Origin: Nocardioides sp.
GTDB taxonomy: Bacteria > Actinomycetota > Actinomycetes > Propionibacteriales > Nocardioidaceae
NCBI GenBank assembly: GCA_002729525.1
Contig: PBYI01000034.1
Location: 17,854-81,853, forward strand
DNA: 64,000 nucleotides
Direction: 5' to 3'
Shown here: piece by piece, positions 31,194 to 41,600 of the stretch
How the letters are laid out: every line of letters begins with the position of its first letter
Position numbering within the stretch: position 1 is the stretch's first letter
The notes under the pieces: model-generated
Seen by the model: only the letters and a program-made list of their open reading frames with translations
What the model was told of the DNA's origin: nothing
The model's database searches: none
Made by a program: the position numbers and the translations under genes

Positions 31194-32165
31194 GTGGAGC
31201 AACCGACGGCGGCACCGGCCGACCTCGAGACGCTGGCCCGCGTCACCGGCCGCATCCGGGAGAACGTCGAGCGGGTGATCGAGGGCAAGCCCGACGTGGT
31301 CACTGCCGCGATCGTGGTGCTCCTCGCGGAGGGCCACCTGCTCATCGAGGACGTCCCCGGGGTCGGCAAGACGATGCTGAGCAAGGCGCTGGCTCGCAGC
31401 ATCGAGTCGTCGGTGAGCCGGATCCAGTTCACCCCGGACCTGCTGCCCTCCGACGTCACCGGGGTGTCGGTGTTCAACCAGGACACCCGGCAGTTCGAGT
31501 TCCGACCCGGCGGCGTCTTCGCCAACATCGTGGTCGGCGACGAGATCAACCGCGCCAGCCCGAAGACCCAGTCGGCCCTCCTGGAGTGCATGGAGGAGCG
31601 GCAGGTCACCGTCGACAGCACGACGTACCAGCTCGACGCGCCGTTCATGGTGATCGCGACCCAGAACCCGCTGGAGATGGAGGGCACCTACGCGCTGCCC
31701 GAGGCCCAGCGCGACCGGTTCATGGTGCGCGTCTCGGTCGGCTACCCCGTCGCGGCGTCGGAGCTGGCCATGCTCGACAGCCACGCGTCGGGCAACCCGC
31801 TCGACGACCTCGAGGCCGTCACCGACGCCGCGGAGGTGCGCAAGCTCTCCCAGATCGTCGGGCAGGTGCACGTCTCCCCCGCCGTGAAGCAGTACGTCGT
31901 CTCGATCGCGACCGCCACGCGCACCAGCCCCGACCTAGCGCTCGGCGTCTCGCCGCGCGGCACGCTGCACCTGGTGCGGGCGAGCAAGGCGTACGCCGCC
32001 ATCCACGGCCGTGACTACGTGCTGCCCGACGACGTCGCCACGCTGGCCGGCCCGGTGCTCGCGCACCGCCTGCTGCCCGCCGTCGAGGCGTCGATGAGCG
32101 GGCGCGACGTGCGCGGTGTGCTCGACCAGCTCGTCGCCGGGACGCCTGTCCCGGCCGTCGGCTAG
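31194..32165 (+). CDS. MoxR-family AAA+ ATPase
   Basis: VEQPTAAPADLETLARVTGRIRENV...EDVPGVGKTMLSKALA...DEINRASPKTQSALLECMEERQVT. The GTG at 31194 has a GAGAGGA Shine-Dalgarno. The longer track ORF start lies in repeat DNA. Confidence 0.9.
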   Translation: MEQPTAAPADLETLARVTGRIRENVERVIEGKPDVVTAAIVVLLAEGHLLIEDVPGVGKTMLSKALARSIESSVSRIQFTPDLLPSDVTGVSVFNQDTRQFEFRPGGVFANIVVGDEINRASPKTQSALLECMEERQVTVDSTTYQLDAPFMVIATQNPLEMEGTYALPEAQRDRFMVRVSVGYPVAASELAMLDSHASGNPLDDLEAVTDAAEVRKLSQIVGQVHVSPAVKQYVVSIATATRTSPDLALGVSPRGTLHLVRASKAYAAIHGRDYVLPDDVATLAGPVLAHRLLPAVEASMSGRDVRGVLDQLVAGTPVPAVG

Positions 32166-32191
32166 CCACTGACCGGGACGGGGACGACACC

Positions 32192-33463
32192 GTGCGCGAG
32201 GCGCTCGCGAGCCTGACCACCCGCGGCCGGGCCTTCCTGGCCGCCGGCGTCACCGCGGTCGTCTGCGCGGTCGTGCTCGGGCAGCCCGCGCTGACCCGGG
32301 TCGGCGTGCTGCTGGTGGCGCTGCCGCTGGCGACCGCGGTCCTCCTCGGACGCACCCGCTACCGGCTCTCGCTGGTGCGCTCGGTGCAGCCCGGGCTGGT
32401 GCGCGCCGGGCAGCCCGCGCGGGTCTCGGTCACGGTGTCCAACGAGGGCCGCACCCGCAGCGGCGTGCTGCTCATGGAGGACCACGTGCCCTACGTGCTC
32501 GGCTCGCGGCCGCGGTTCGTGGTCGACGGCGCCGGTCCGGGCTGGCGGCGCGAGATCTCCTACCAGGTGCGCTCCGACGTGCGCGGCCGCCACGACATCG
32601 GCCCGATGACCGTGCGCATCGGCGACGCCTTCGGCCTGGTCGAGCTCGGCCGGGCCTTCCGCACGACGTCACGCCTCGTGGTCACGCCGAGGACGGTGAC
32701 CCTGCCCGACGTACCCCTCGGCGGCGGGAGCAGCGGCGCCGGCGAGAACCGCCCGCGCGCGGCCGCCACGGGCTCGGCGGAGGACGTCACCGTGCGGGAG
32801 TACCGCCGCGGCGACGACCTGCGCCGCGTCCACTGGCCCAGCTCGGCCCGCGTCGGCGAGCTGATGGTGCGCCGCGAGGAGCAGCCCTGGGAGGCGCGCG
32901 CGAGCGTGCTGCTCGACCACCGGCTGGTGTCCCACCGTGGCGACGCCGCGGCCGGGTCGCTGGAGGACGCCGTCTCGGCCGCCGCGTCGGTCGTCGAGCA
33001 CCTGGCCCGCCGCGGCTTCGCGCTGCGTCTGGTGACCACCGACGGCACCACGGTCGAGACCGCCCGGCGCCGGCAGGGCACGGTCGGCGACCCGTCCGCG
33101 CTGCTCGAGGCGCTGGCGGTCGTCGCGGCCGACCACTCCCCCTCGCTGCACGGTCCCGGCGTGCTCGAGCACACCGGCGGCGGCATCACGGTCGCCGTGC
33201 TCGGCGACGTGACCGACGCCGACCTCGGCACCTGGCGCAGGGTGGCCGGTCGCAGCTCGCTCGCGCTCGCGGTCGTCCTCGACGTCGACGCCTGGACCGG
33301 CAGCGGCACCCCGGGCGACGAGCCCTCGGACGAGGCGCGACTGCGCGCGGGCCGGCTCGAGCACGCCGGATGGCGCGCAGCGGTGCTGACCCCCGGTGGT
33401 GGGCTGGCCGACGTCTGGCGGGAGCTCGGACGCGCCCGCACGCGCACCGGGAGGGCGTCGTGA
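32192..33463 (+). CDS. DUF58 domain protein (MoxR-associated, VWA-like)
   Basis: N-terminal TM pair, then the VREYRRGDDLRRVHWPSSARVGELMVRREE DUF58 signature. Confidence 0.85.
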   Translation: MREALASLTTRGRAFLAAGVTAVVCAVVLGQPALTRVGVLLVALPLATAVLLGRTRYRLSLVRSVQPGLVRAGQPARVSVTVSNEGRTRSGVLLMEDHVPYVLGSRPRFVVDGAGPGWRREISYQVRSDVRGRHDIGPMTVRIGDAFGLVELGRAFRTTSRLVVTPRTVTLPDVPLGGGSSGAGENRPRAAATGSAEDVTVREYRRGDDLRRVHWPSSARVGELMVRREEQPWEARASVLLDHRLVSHRGDAAAGSLEDAVSAAASVVEHLARRGFALRLVTTDGTTVETARRRQGTVGDPSALLEALAVVAADHSPSLHGPGVLEHTGGGITVAVLGDVTDADLGTWRRVAGRSSLALAVVLDVDAWTGSGTPGDEPSDEARLRAGRLEHAGWRAAVLTPGGGLADVWRELGRARTRTGRAS

Positions 33464-35805
33464 GCCGCCGCCGCCACGCCTCGCTCGGCTCGGAGGTGCT
33501 CGTCGCCGCGATGGCCGCCGCCACCACGTGGGCGGCCATGCTGTCGTGGCGCGGCTTCACCGAGGACGCCGGCGTGGTGGCCGTCCAGCTCGTCGTGGTC
33601 GCGGCCGTCGTGGCCGCGGTCGGCGCGCTGACCCGGTGGCTCGGCGTCCCCGTGCTCTTCGTGCTCCCCCTCCAGGCCGCCACAGGACTGGCCGTCGTCT
33701 CCGGGCAGGTCACCGGACGACCGTGGCCCGACGAGCAGCTGCGCGCGGCACTGGAGGCCGGCTCCGACGCCGCCCGCCTGTACGCCGCCCCGGTGCCGGT
33801 CGTCGACGGCATCGGCGTGCAGCCCCTCATGCTCCTCGGCGGACTCGCGGCGATGCTGCTGGTCGACCTGCTCGCGGCCGGGCTGCGGCGCGTGCCGCTG
33901 GCCGGCCTCCCCCTGCTCGTCGTCTACTCGGTGCCCGTCGGCGTGCTCGGCGGCGGGCTCGCCTGGTGGGTCTTCGGCCTCACCGCCACCGGCTTCCTGC
34001 TGATGCTCTACCTCCAGGAGGAGCGGCGCGTCGACGGCTGGGGGCGTGGGCTCGACGACGCCGGACGCCGCCAGGACGGCGGCGAGGGCTACCGGCGCGG
34101 CGGTGCCGTGCGCGGTGGGGCCCTCACCGTGGGCGCGGTCGCCACGCTCGCCGCGGTCGTCGTACCCGTCGGCGTACCGACCCTGCAGCTGTCGGTCTTC
34201 GACTTCGGCACCGGCAACGGCTCCGGCGACCGGATCGAGCTCACCAACCCGATCGTCAACCTCCGCGACACCCTCAACCGCGGTGACGACATCCCGCTGG
34301 TGGTCGTCGAGACCGACGACCCCGACCCGCGCTACCTGCGCACCACGGTGCTCACCCGGTTCGGCAGCAACCGCTGGAGCCCCGGCGACCGCGACGTCCC
34401 GACGAGCAACGTGCCACGCGGCGAGATGCCGAGCCTGCCCGGCGTCGACCCCGACCTGCTCGGCGAGACCTACGACTACCACGTCGAGGTGCAGCCGCAG
34501 TTCGAGTCCACCTGGCTGCCCACCCAGGCGCCGATCACCAGCATCACCGCCCCGGGTGCGTGGCGGTTCGACGAGGCGACCCGCGACTTCCTGGCCACCG
34601 ACGACGACACCAACACCGCCGGCCTGGAGTACGACATGACCGCCGTCGACGTCGACTACCGCCGCTCCGGGCTCGCCGCGGCCCGGTCCGGCGTCGTCGA
34701 GGTCGGGTCCGCGTACACCGCCCTGCCCTCCGGGGTGCCGGCGATCGCGCGGAACCTCGCCCGCTCGGTCACCGCCGGCGCGGAGGACGACCTCGAGCGG
34801 GCTGCGCTGCTGCAGGACTGGTTCCGCCGTGACGGCGGCTTCGAGTACAGCCTCACCGAGGCACCCGACGCCTCGGTCGGCACCGACGCGCTCGCCGCGT
34901 TCCTGTCCGAGGACGGCCGGGTCGGCTACTGCGAGCAGTTCGCCGCCTCGATGGCTGTGATGGCGCGGGTGCTCGACATCCCCAGCCGGGTCGCGGTCGG
35001 CTTCCTGGCTCCCGACGAGGACCCCGCGCAGCCCGGACGCTGGGTCTACAGCGCGCACGACCTGCACGCCTGGGTCGAGCTGTACTTCCCCGGCAGCGGC
35101 TGGGTGCTCTTCGGCCCGACCCCGCCCGCCCGCGTGCCCGACGTGCCGGCGTACAGCGAGCCGCGTGCGGTCGGTCCGGAGCAGCTGCCCACCAACCGCC
35201 CCGAGCAGGAGCCGACCCGCGAGAGCACGGCGGCACCGAGTGCCGCCCCGGAGCCCACCGACCGGCCGCGCCCGCAGGACCTCGCCGCCGACGAATCCGA
35301 CGACGAGGCCGGGACGGGCGTGCCGCTGGGTCGGGTGCTCGGCGTCCTGCTGACCCTGGCGGTGCTCGCCGCGGTGCTGGTCGGGCCGCGCCTGGTCCGG
35401 ACCCGACGGTCCGAGCGGCGCCGTAGCGGCGGCCCGGAGGAGGCGTGGGCCGAGCTGCACGACCTCTGCGTCGACCTCGGCGTCCCCTGGCCCGAGGACC
35501 GCTCGCCACGCGAGGTGCGAGCCGCGCTGGCGCTGTTCACCGGCCGCGAGACCGCCGCGCTGGAGCGCCTGGCCGACGGCGTCGAACGGGCCCGCTACGC
35601 ACGTCCCGGCAGCCAGGTCGTCGACCCGCTGCAGTCCGAGCGCGACCTCGGCGTGGTGCGCGACGCGCTGCTCGACCGCTCCTCCCCCGCGGCCCGTCGA
35701 CGGGCCACGTGGTGGCCGCGGTCGCTGTTCCGACGCTCGGCCGTCGCAGCGGCGCCGACCGGGGACGCCCCGGCCGAGCGCGGCGAGCTCGTCGGGCGGC
35801 ACTGA
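33460..35805 (+). CDS. Transglutaminase-domain membrane protein (TgpA-like)
   Basis: Multi-TM N-terminus with a core GYCEQFAASMAV...HAWVELYFPGSGWVLFGPTP (Cys-His-Asp). The GTG at 33460 overlaps the DUF58 stop (GTGA). Confidence 0.85.
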   Translation: MSRRRHASLGSEVLVAAMAAATTWAAMLSWRGFTEDAGVVAVQLVVVAAVVAAVGALTRWLGVPVLFVLPLQAATGLAVVSGQVTGRPWPDEQLRAALEAGSDAARLYAAPVPVVDGIGVQPLMLLGGLAAMLLVDLLAAGLRRVPLAGLPLLVVYSVPVGVLGGGLAWWVFGLTATGFLLMLYLQEERRVDGWGRGLDDAGRRQDGGEGYRRGGAVRGGALTVGAVATLAAVVVPVGVPTLQLSVFDFGTGNGSGDRIELTNPIVNLRDTLNRGDDIPLVVVETDDPDPRYLRTTVLTRFGSNRWSPGDRDVPTSNVPRGEMPSLPGVDPDLLGETYDYHVEVQPQFESTWLPTQAPITSITAPGAWRFDEATRDFLATDDDTNTAGLEYDMTAVDVDYRRSGLAAARSGVVEVGSAYTALPSGVPAIARNLARSVTAGAEDDLERAALLQDWFRRDGGFEYSLTEAPDASVGTDALAAFLSEDGRVGYCEQFAASMAVMARVLDIPSRVAVGFLAPDEDPAQPGRWVYSAHDLHAWVELYFPGSGWVLFGPTPPARVPDVPAYSEPRAVGPEQLPTNRPEQEPTRESTAAPSAAPEPTDRPRPQDLAADESDDEAGTGVPLGRVLGVLLTLAVLAAVLVGPRLVRTRRSERRRSGGPEEAWAELHDLCVDLGVPWPEDRSPREVRAALALFTGRETAALERLADGVERARYARPGSQVVDPLQSERDLGVVRDALLDRSSPAARRRATWWPRSLFRRSAVAAAPTGDAPAERGELVGRH

Positions 35806-35985
35806 CCCGCACCGAGCCAGGCCCTGGTCGTGGGTCCGGCAGGAGGACCTGTCGGGCCGACGGGGTGCCGGCCGGGGCCGACGTCCCGGGGGCCGGCCAG
35901 CGCGGCGTACGCCGCGTGCCGGGTCGCGCCGCCCGTCGGGCCGACGGCGCCGTCCGGCATCCGTCAGGACTCCCCGACGCACGAC

Positions 35986-36012
35986 GACCCGCCACCGGTG
36001 CGGTGGCGGGTC
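35986..36012. terminator. Bidirectional terminator-like hairpin between convergent genes
   Basis: GACCCGCCACCG-GTG-CGGTGGCGGGTC: a perfect 12-bp stem with a 3-nt loop. Confidence 0.6.
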
Positions 36013-36036
36013 GGTCGAGAAGGGATCAGGTGCGGC

Positions 36037-36483
36037 TCAGAAGCCGGACTCGCGGCGGCGGCGCCACCGCTCCTCCATGCGCTCCATGAAGGAGCCCGAG
36101 GAGCCGGACGAGCGACCGCGGGGACGGCGCTGCTTGCGGCCACCCTGCACCACGGAGAAGCCGGACGGGTGCGCCTGCGCCGTGGTCACGCCCGACGGGT
36201 CGTCCGGCACCCGTTCGCGGCCCTTGACCGCCCCGAGCGCCACGGTGGCCGAGACCAGCATCAGCAGGAAGCCGACGACGCCGACGTACCAGAGCTGGGT
36301 CACCGCGCCGGCCATCAGCACAGCGACCCCGCCGACGAAGGCGACGCCCGCGACGAGCGCGCGACGACGCGCCGCGGACCTGATCGAGGTGCCGCGCAGG
36401 GTCGAGGCGAACTTGGGGTCCTCCTCGACGAGCGCGCGCTCCATCTGCTCGAGCGCCCGCAGCTCCTCTTCCGAGAGTGGCAC
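36037..36483 (-). CDS. DUF3040 domain membrane protein
   Basis: VPLSEEELRALEQMERALVEEDPKFA, followed by two TM segments. The GTG at 36483 has a GGGAGGA Shine-Dalgarno. The alternative start is GTG at 36498. Confidence 0.75.
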   Translation of the reverse strand: MPLSEEELRALEQMERALVEEDPKFASTLRGTSIRSAARRRALVAGVAFVGGVAVLMAGAVTQLWYVGVVGFLLMLVSATVALGAVKGRERVPDDPSGVTTAQAHPSGFSVVQGGRKQRRPRGRSSGSSGSFMERMEERWRRRRESGF

Positions 36484-36626
36484 CGGTTCCTCCCGCACGT
36501 TCGTGGTAACAGGCCAAGTCTAGGCAGCAGCCTGGGCGTCACGGTAGGACGCAGCCCAAATTCTCATCGGCAGACGGTCTTCCGCCCTCCGCCGTCCGGG
36601 TGATCCTGCCCCACCGGTCTGGACCC

Positions 36627-37850
36627 TCAGGACCCCCGGGTCTGGTCCGACCGGGCCAGGAGAGCCGCGGGACGCACCGCGGCGGACCCGAATCGTCGGG
36701 CGGCCCGGTCGACGGCGCGGTCGGCGTCGGACCAGCCCCGGTCCCGCTCCCCGAGCACGCCCTGGCGCTGCACCCGCTCGCGCGGCAGCAGGCCCTCGAC
36801 GCGCACCCCGACCAGCCGGACGCGCGCGCGCTGGAGGCCCAGGCCGTCGTACAGGCCCGCGGCGGCGGCGTAGACGTCACGGGTGACGTCGGTGGGCTCG
36901 GCGAGGGTGCGGCTGCGGGTGATCGTGGTGAAGTCGGAGAAGCGGACGGTGAGGGCGACGGTGCGGCCCGCCACCCCGGCCGTCCGCAGGCGCCCGCACA
37001 CCCGGGCGGTGAGCCGCAGCACCTCGCGCAGCACGTCGTCGCGGTCGTCGGTGTCGCGGGCGAACGTCTCCTGGGCGCCCATCGACCGGTCGGGCTCGCC
37101 GCTGCCGGAGCGCGCGCCGTACCCGAAGACCCCGGCCCCACCCGGCGCGACCTCCTCCCGGTCGGTGCCCCACGCGAGGTGGTGCAGGTGGGTGCCGAGG
37201 TGCTGCCCGAGCGCCTGGCGCAGCAGCGGCAACGGCGTGTGGGCGACGTCGCCGACCGTGCGCAGGCCGAGCCGGTGCAGCCGCTCGCGGGTCTTCTCCC
37301 CCACCCCGTAGAGCTCGCCGACGTCCAACGGGTGCAGGAAGCCCGTCACCTCCTCCGGCGGCACGAGCAGGAGCCCGTCGGGCTTGGCCCTCTTGCTGGC
37401 GAGCTTGGCGACCGACACGGTCCGCGCGATCCCGACCGAGCAGGTGATCCGCTGCTCGTCGTGCACCGCGGCACGCAGCCGGTGCCCGATCTCCTCCGCC
37501 CCGCCGAGCCGCCGAGCGGCGCCCGAGACGTCGAGGAAGGCCTCGTCGGGCGAGACGGCCTCCACCAGCGGCGTGACACCGCGGAACAGGTCCATCACCG
37601 ACGCCGACACCGAGGCGAACAGGTCGTGGTCGGGCTGGAGGACGACGGCGTGCGGGCACAGGCGGCGGGCACGGGCCCCGGTCATCGCCGAGCGGACGCC
37701 GTACTCGCGGGCCGGGTAGTTGGCCGCCAGGACCACGCCGCGGTGCCCGCCGCCCACCACCACCGGGACCTCCTGCAGCTCGGGGCGGTCACGGAGCAGG
37801 ACGGAGGCGTAGAACGCGTCCATGTCGACGTGCAGGATCACCGGCACCAC
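36627..37850 (-). CDS. dinB: DNA polymerase IV (catalytically intact Y-family polymerase)
   Basis: VILHVDMDAFYASV..., SPDEAFLDVSG and SVGIARTVSVAKLASK motifs, with catalytic Asp/Glu present. Only the last ~407 codons of the 1418-aa track ORF are real. Start is GTG at 37850, or 37847/37841. Confidence 0.9.
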   Translation of the reverse strand: MVPVILHVDMDAFYASVLLRDRPELQEVPVVVGGGHRGVVLAANYPAREYGVRSAMTGARARRLCPHAVVLQPDHDLFASVSASVMDLFRGVTPLVEAVSPDEAFLDVSGAARRLGGAEEIGHRLRAAVHDEQRITCSVGIARTVSVAKLASKRAKPDGLLLVPPEEVTGFLHPLDVGELYGVGEKTRERLHRLGLRTVGDVAHTPLPLLRQALGQHLGTHLHHLAWGTDREEVAPGGAGVFGYGARSGSGEPDRSMGAQETFARDTDDRDDVLREVLRLTARVCGRLRTAGVAGRTVALTVRFSDFTTITRSRTLAEPTDVTRDVYAAAAGLYDGLGLQRARVRLVGVRVEGLLPRERVQRQGVLGERDRGWSDADRAVDRAARRFGSAAVRPAALLARSDQTRGS

Positions 37851-37908
37851 ACGCCCTGGGCGATGGCGTCGGCCCCGGCCGGCGAGCCCGTCGGAGGCGG
37901 CGGGCGCA

Positions 37909-38637
37909 TCAGGCCGAGCGGCAGAGCAGGTGCAGCTGTGCGGCGAGCGGGACGTACTCCGGACGCAGCGCCACCGCCCGCTCCAGCTCGACCAGCGAGG
38001 CGGCCGCGCCGGACTCCTGGTCGAGCAGCGAGCCGGGGACCAGGTCGGTGAAGGCCCGGACGGCGCGGACCTCCTCGACGTCGAGGCCGGCCGCGGCGAC
38101 CAGGTCGAGCGCCTCGGCGTGGGTCCAGCGGCGTCCGGTGCGGGTGCCGGCGCCGGCCCCGGGGTCGTCGAGGAGGCGCCGGGCGTCGGCGAAGTGGCCC
38201 GCCATGGCACGGGCGACGACCGCGGCGTGCCGCTGGGCCAGGAGCAGGCTGAGGTGGCCGCCGGCCCGGAGCACGGCGCGGACCGCGTCGAGGCCGCGGG
38301 AGGCGTCGTCCGGCCCGGGCAGGACCTCCAGGACGCCGTGGCACAGCACCAGGTCGGCGCCGTCGGGTCCGACCAGGTCGACCAGGTCGGACACGTCCCC
38401 CTGCTGCCCGTGCACGGCCACGCCGGCCTCGCGGGCACGGCGGTCGAGCGCGGCCAGCGCGTCGGGGCTGGGATCGACGACCCGCACCCGGTGGCCGAGA
38501 CCGGCCAGCCGGACCGCGGAGCCCCCGGTGCCGCCCCCGATGTCGACGACGTCGAGGGGCTCGCCGGTGACCAGCGGGTCGAGGGCGTCCCACACCGCGG
38601 CGGTGCGAGGGTTGTCCCGGGTCGCGGTGCTGGCCAT
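37909..38637 (-). CDS. Class I SAM-dependent methyltransferase
   Basis: MASTATRDN...VVDIGGGTGGSAVRLAGLGHRVRVVDPSPDAL...LVLCHGVLEVL. The ATG at 38637 is preceded by TAGAGT (38645-38650 on the minus strand) with a 7-nt spacer. Confidence 0.8.
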   Translation of the reverse strand: MASTATRDNPRTAAVWDALDPLVTGEPLDVVDIGGGTGGSAVRLAGLGHRVRVVDPSPDALAALDRRAREAGVAVHGQQGDVSDLVDLVGPDGADLVLCHGVLEVLPGPDDASRGLDAVRAVLRAGGHLSLLLAQRHAAVVARAMAGHFADARRLLDDPGAGAGTRTGRRWTHAEALDLVAAAGLDVEEVRAVRAFTDLVPGSLLDQESGAAASLVELERAVALRPEYVPLAAQLHLLCRSA

Positions 38638-38689
38638 GACCTGCACTCTAGGGCGTGCCGACCGCGCCGCGGGGAGGCCGGTCCGGTGC

Positions 38690-41600
38690 TCATCGGCGCT
38701 CCGGTCGCGGGGTGCGCTCCAGCAGGCCGAGCACGTGCGCGGTGCCGAGCGCGCGCCACAGCTCGTGGATGACGGCGAGGTCCCAGGCGCCGGTCGCGCG
38801 CACCGACACGCCCCGGTGGCCGGTGCGCCGCAGGACGCCACGCACCAGCAGCGCGGTGGCGTCGAGCACGGTGCGGCCGCACTGCTCGAGCGCGTCGGCG
38901 AAGAAGGTCACGTCGACCGGTCCGGTGGCGTCGTCGAGCGTCACGAAGACCACCCGCCTCCCCGAGCGCAGGGGCGGGCTCTGGGTGGCGACCTCGACCC
39001 CGGCGACCAGCACCTCGGCACGCGGCCGCTGCGCGAGCAGGTCGCGACTGCGGACCACGTCGAGCGCCTTGAGCAGCCGGGCGTGCTCGTCGACGACGTG
39101 CCGGCTGACGTCGAGCCCGAGTACCTCCAGCTCGGCGGCCGTCGTCTCCGCGGCGGTCAGCTCCGGCAGGCCCGACGGCCCGTCGTGCTGCGCCCCGACC
39201 GGAAGGTCGAGCGTCGGGTGCCCCGCCGCGGTGCGCCCGCGGTCGAGCCCGGCCACCTGGAGCAGCAGGTCGCGCCGGGTCGTGCCACCGCGGCGTCGTA
39301 CGCCGTCGCCGGGCCGCAGGCCGTGCACGGAGTCGAGGCCGCCGGCCAGCACCAGCCGCTCGGCCACCGGCCGGGTGGGTCGGGCCCGCTGCCACAGGTC
39401 GGCCAGCGAGACGTACGGACGGTGGGCCAGCACCCGGTCGAGCTCGTCGTCGGAGATGCCGCGCACGTCGGCGAGCGCGACGCGTACGCCCCAGCCGTCG
39501 TCGACCGGCTCGACGAGGAACTCCCGGCCCGAGGCGTTGACGTCGAGCCCGAGCACCGCCACGTCGAGGCGCCGGGCCTCCTCCAGCAGCAGCCGCTTCG
39601 GGTACATGCCGGGGTCGTGGGTCAGCACCCCGGCCAGGAAGTGCGCCGGCCAGTGGGTCTTCAGCCAGGCGGAGTGGTACGTCGTCAGCGCGAAGGCCGC
39701 GGCGTGCGCCTTGCAGAAGCCGAACGACCCGAACGCCGCGAGGGTCGCCCACACGCCCTCGACCATCTCCTCGGGGTAGCCGCGCGAGCGCACCAACGGG
39801 CACCACCAGCGGCGTACGGCCTCCCGACCCTCCTCGGTAGCCAGCTCGCGGCGCCGCTGGTCGGCCTCGGCGTACGACGTGCCGGACAGCTCGGCGAGGA
39901 TCCGGATGACCTGCTCGTGGTAGACCACGACGCCCCGGGTCTCCGCGAGCACCGGGCGCAGGTCGGGGTGGGCGTACTGTGGGAGCCGCCAGCCCTGCTT
40001 GGCCTCCAGGTAGGGCGTGACCATGTCGCTCTGCACCGGTCCGGGCCGGAACAGCGAGATGTCGGCCACCACGTCGTCGAGGTCCTCGATGCCGGACCGC
40101 CCGACGAGCTCGCGCTGTCCCGGCGACTCCAGCTGGAAGACGCCGAGCGTCCGCGCGCTGCTGATGAGGGCGTACGTCGCGGGGTCGTCGAGCGGCACCT
40201 GGGTGCGGTCGTCGAGGTCGATCGCGGTGCCGGTGGTGCGGCGCACCTCGGTGACCGCGTGCGCCATCGCCGACTGCATCCGGATGCCGAGCAGGTCGAG
40301 CTTGAGCAGGCCGAGGTGCTCGACGTCGTCCTTGTCGAACTGGCTCATCGGGTAGCCCGCGGCGCTGCGTTCGACCGGGGTGCGGTCGAGGAGCGTGGCG
40401 TCGGACAGCAGCACCCCGCACGGGTGGACGGAGACGTGGCGCGGCAGGCCGTCGAGCCGCTCGGTGAGGGCGAGCAGGACCTGCAGCCGCTGCTCGTCGA
40501 CACCGAGCGCGCGCAGCTCCGGGAGGGAGCCGAGCACCGCCCGGGCGTCGCGGGCCCGCACCCGCGGGAAGCCCTTCGCGAGCGCGTCGACCTCCCCGAC
40601 CGGCAGTCCGAACGCACCGCCGACGGCGCGGACGGCGTGGCGCACCCGGTAGGTGTCGGTCATCGAGACGCACACGCACCGGTCGGCGCCGAAGTGCGCG
40701 AGCACGGCGTCGTAGACCTCGTCGCGGCGGGCCGACTCGACGTCGAGGTCGATGTCGGGCAGGGCCCTGCGCCGCGGCGACAGGAACCGCTCGACGAGCA
40801 GCCCGTGCCGCACCGGGTCGACCCCGGAGATGCCGAGGAGGTAGGTGAGGATGCTGCCGGCGCCCGAACCGCGGGCAGCGCACCGCACGCCGAGCGAGCG
40901 GACCAGGTCGGTGACGTCGGCGACGGCCAGGAAGTACGCCGCGCAGCCGAGGTCGCGCACCAGGACCAGCTCGTCGTCGAGCCGCTTCCAGACGACCTGA
41001 CGGGGCGCCGACCCGTAGCGGTCACCGACCGCGGCCTCGCACCGGGCGCGCAGCACGGCGTCGGCCGAGCCGACCACCGGGTCGTGCTCGGGGACGTGCA
41101 TCTCGCCCAGGCCCAGGTCGGCCCGCGGGTCGAGCACGCAGCGCTCGGCGAGGTCGCGGGTCGCGGCGAGCAGTCCGGCGGCCTCGGCGCCGGCGACCTC
41201 CGCCGCGACCTCCGTCATCGCCGCGCTCGACTTCAGGTGCGCCTCGGCATTGCGGCGCTCCAGGTGGCGCCGGTGCAGCACCACGAGCCGGCGGTCGGCG
41301 TCGAGCACGTCGGCGACCGCGGCGTCGGAGCGCCCGGCGTAGCGCACGGCGTTGGTGAGCACGGCGGTGAGGCCGAGGGCCGCGGCCAGCGCGAGGGTGC
41401 GCCGCGCGTGCGGCACCGAGCCCGACCCCCACGACCCGTCGGCGTCGACCGGCGCGCGGTGCGAGACCACCTCGACGCGGAGCCGCCCGGCCGGCACGAG
41501 CGCCCGCCAGGCGTCGACCTCCGCTCGCGCCTGGTCGTCACGCCGCGCCCGGACGGCCGGTCCGAGGACGGAGTCGGGCCCGAGGAGCACCACCAGGGCG

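Noticed and set aside
36627-37850. Possibility that the Y-family polymerase is the missing ImuB
   Set aside because: It retains the catalytic carboxylates (DMDAF, SPDEAF) and is about 407 aa, which fits DinB/Pol IV. ImuB proteins lack these residues and carry a long C-terminal extension.
36627-40883. 1418-aa minus-strand ORF apparently fusing dinB with upstream sequence
   Set aside because: Only the C-terminal ~407 codons (from VVPVILHVDMDAFY) are DinB. The upstream part is an alternative frame running through the methyltransferase and dnaE2 genes, and its composition is Arg/Pro/Ala-rich.
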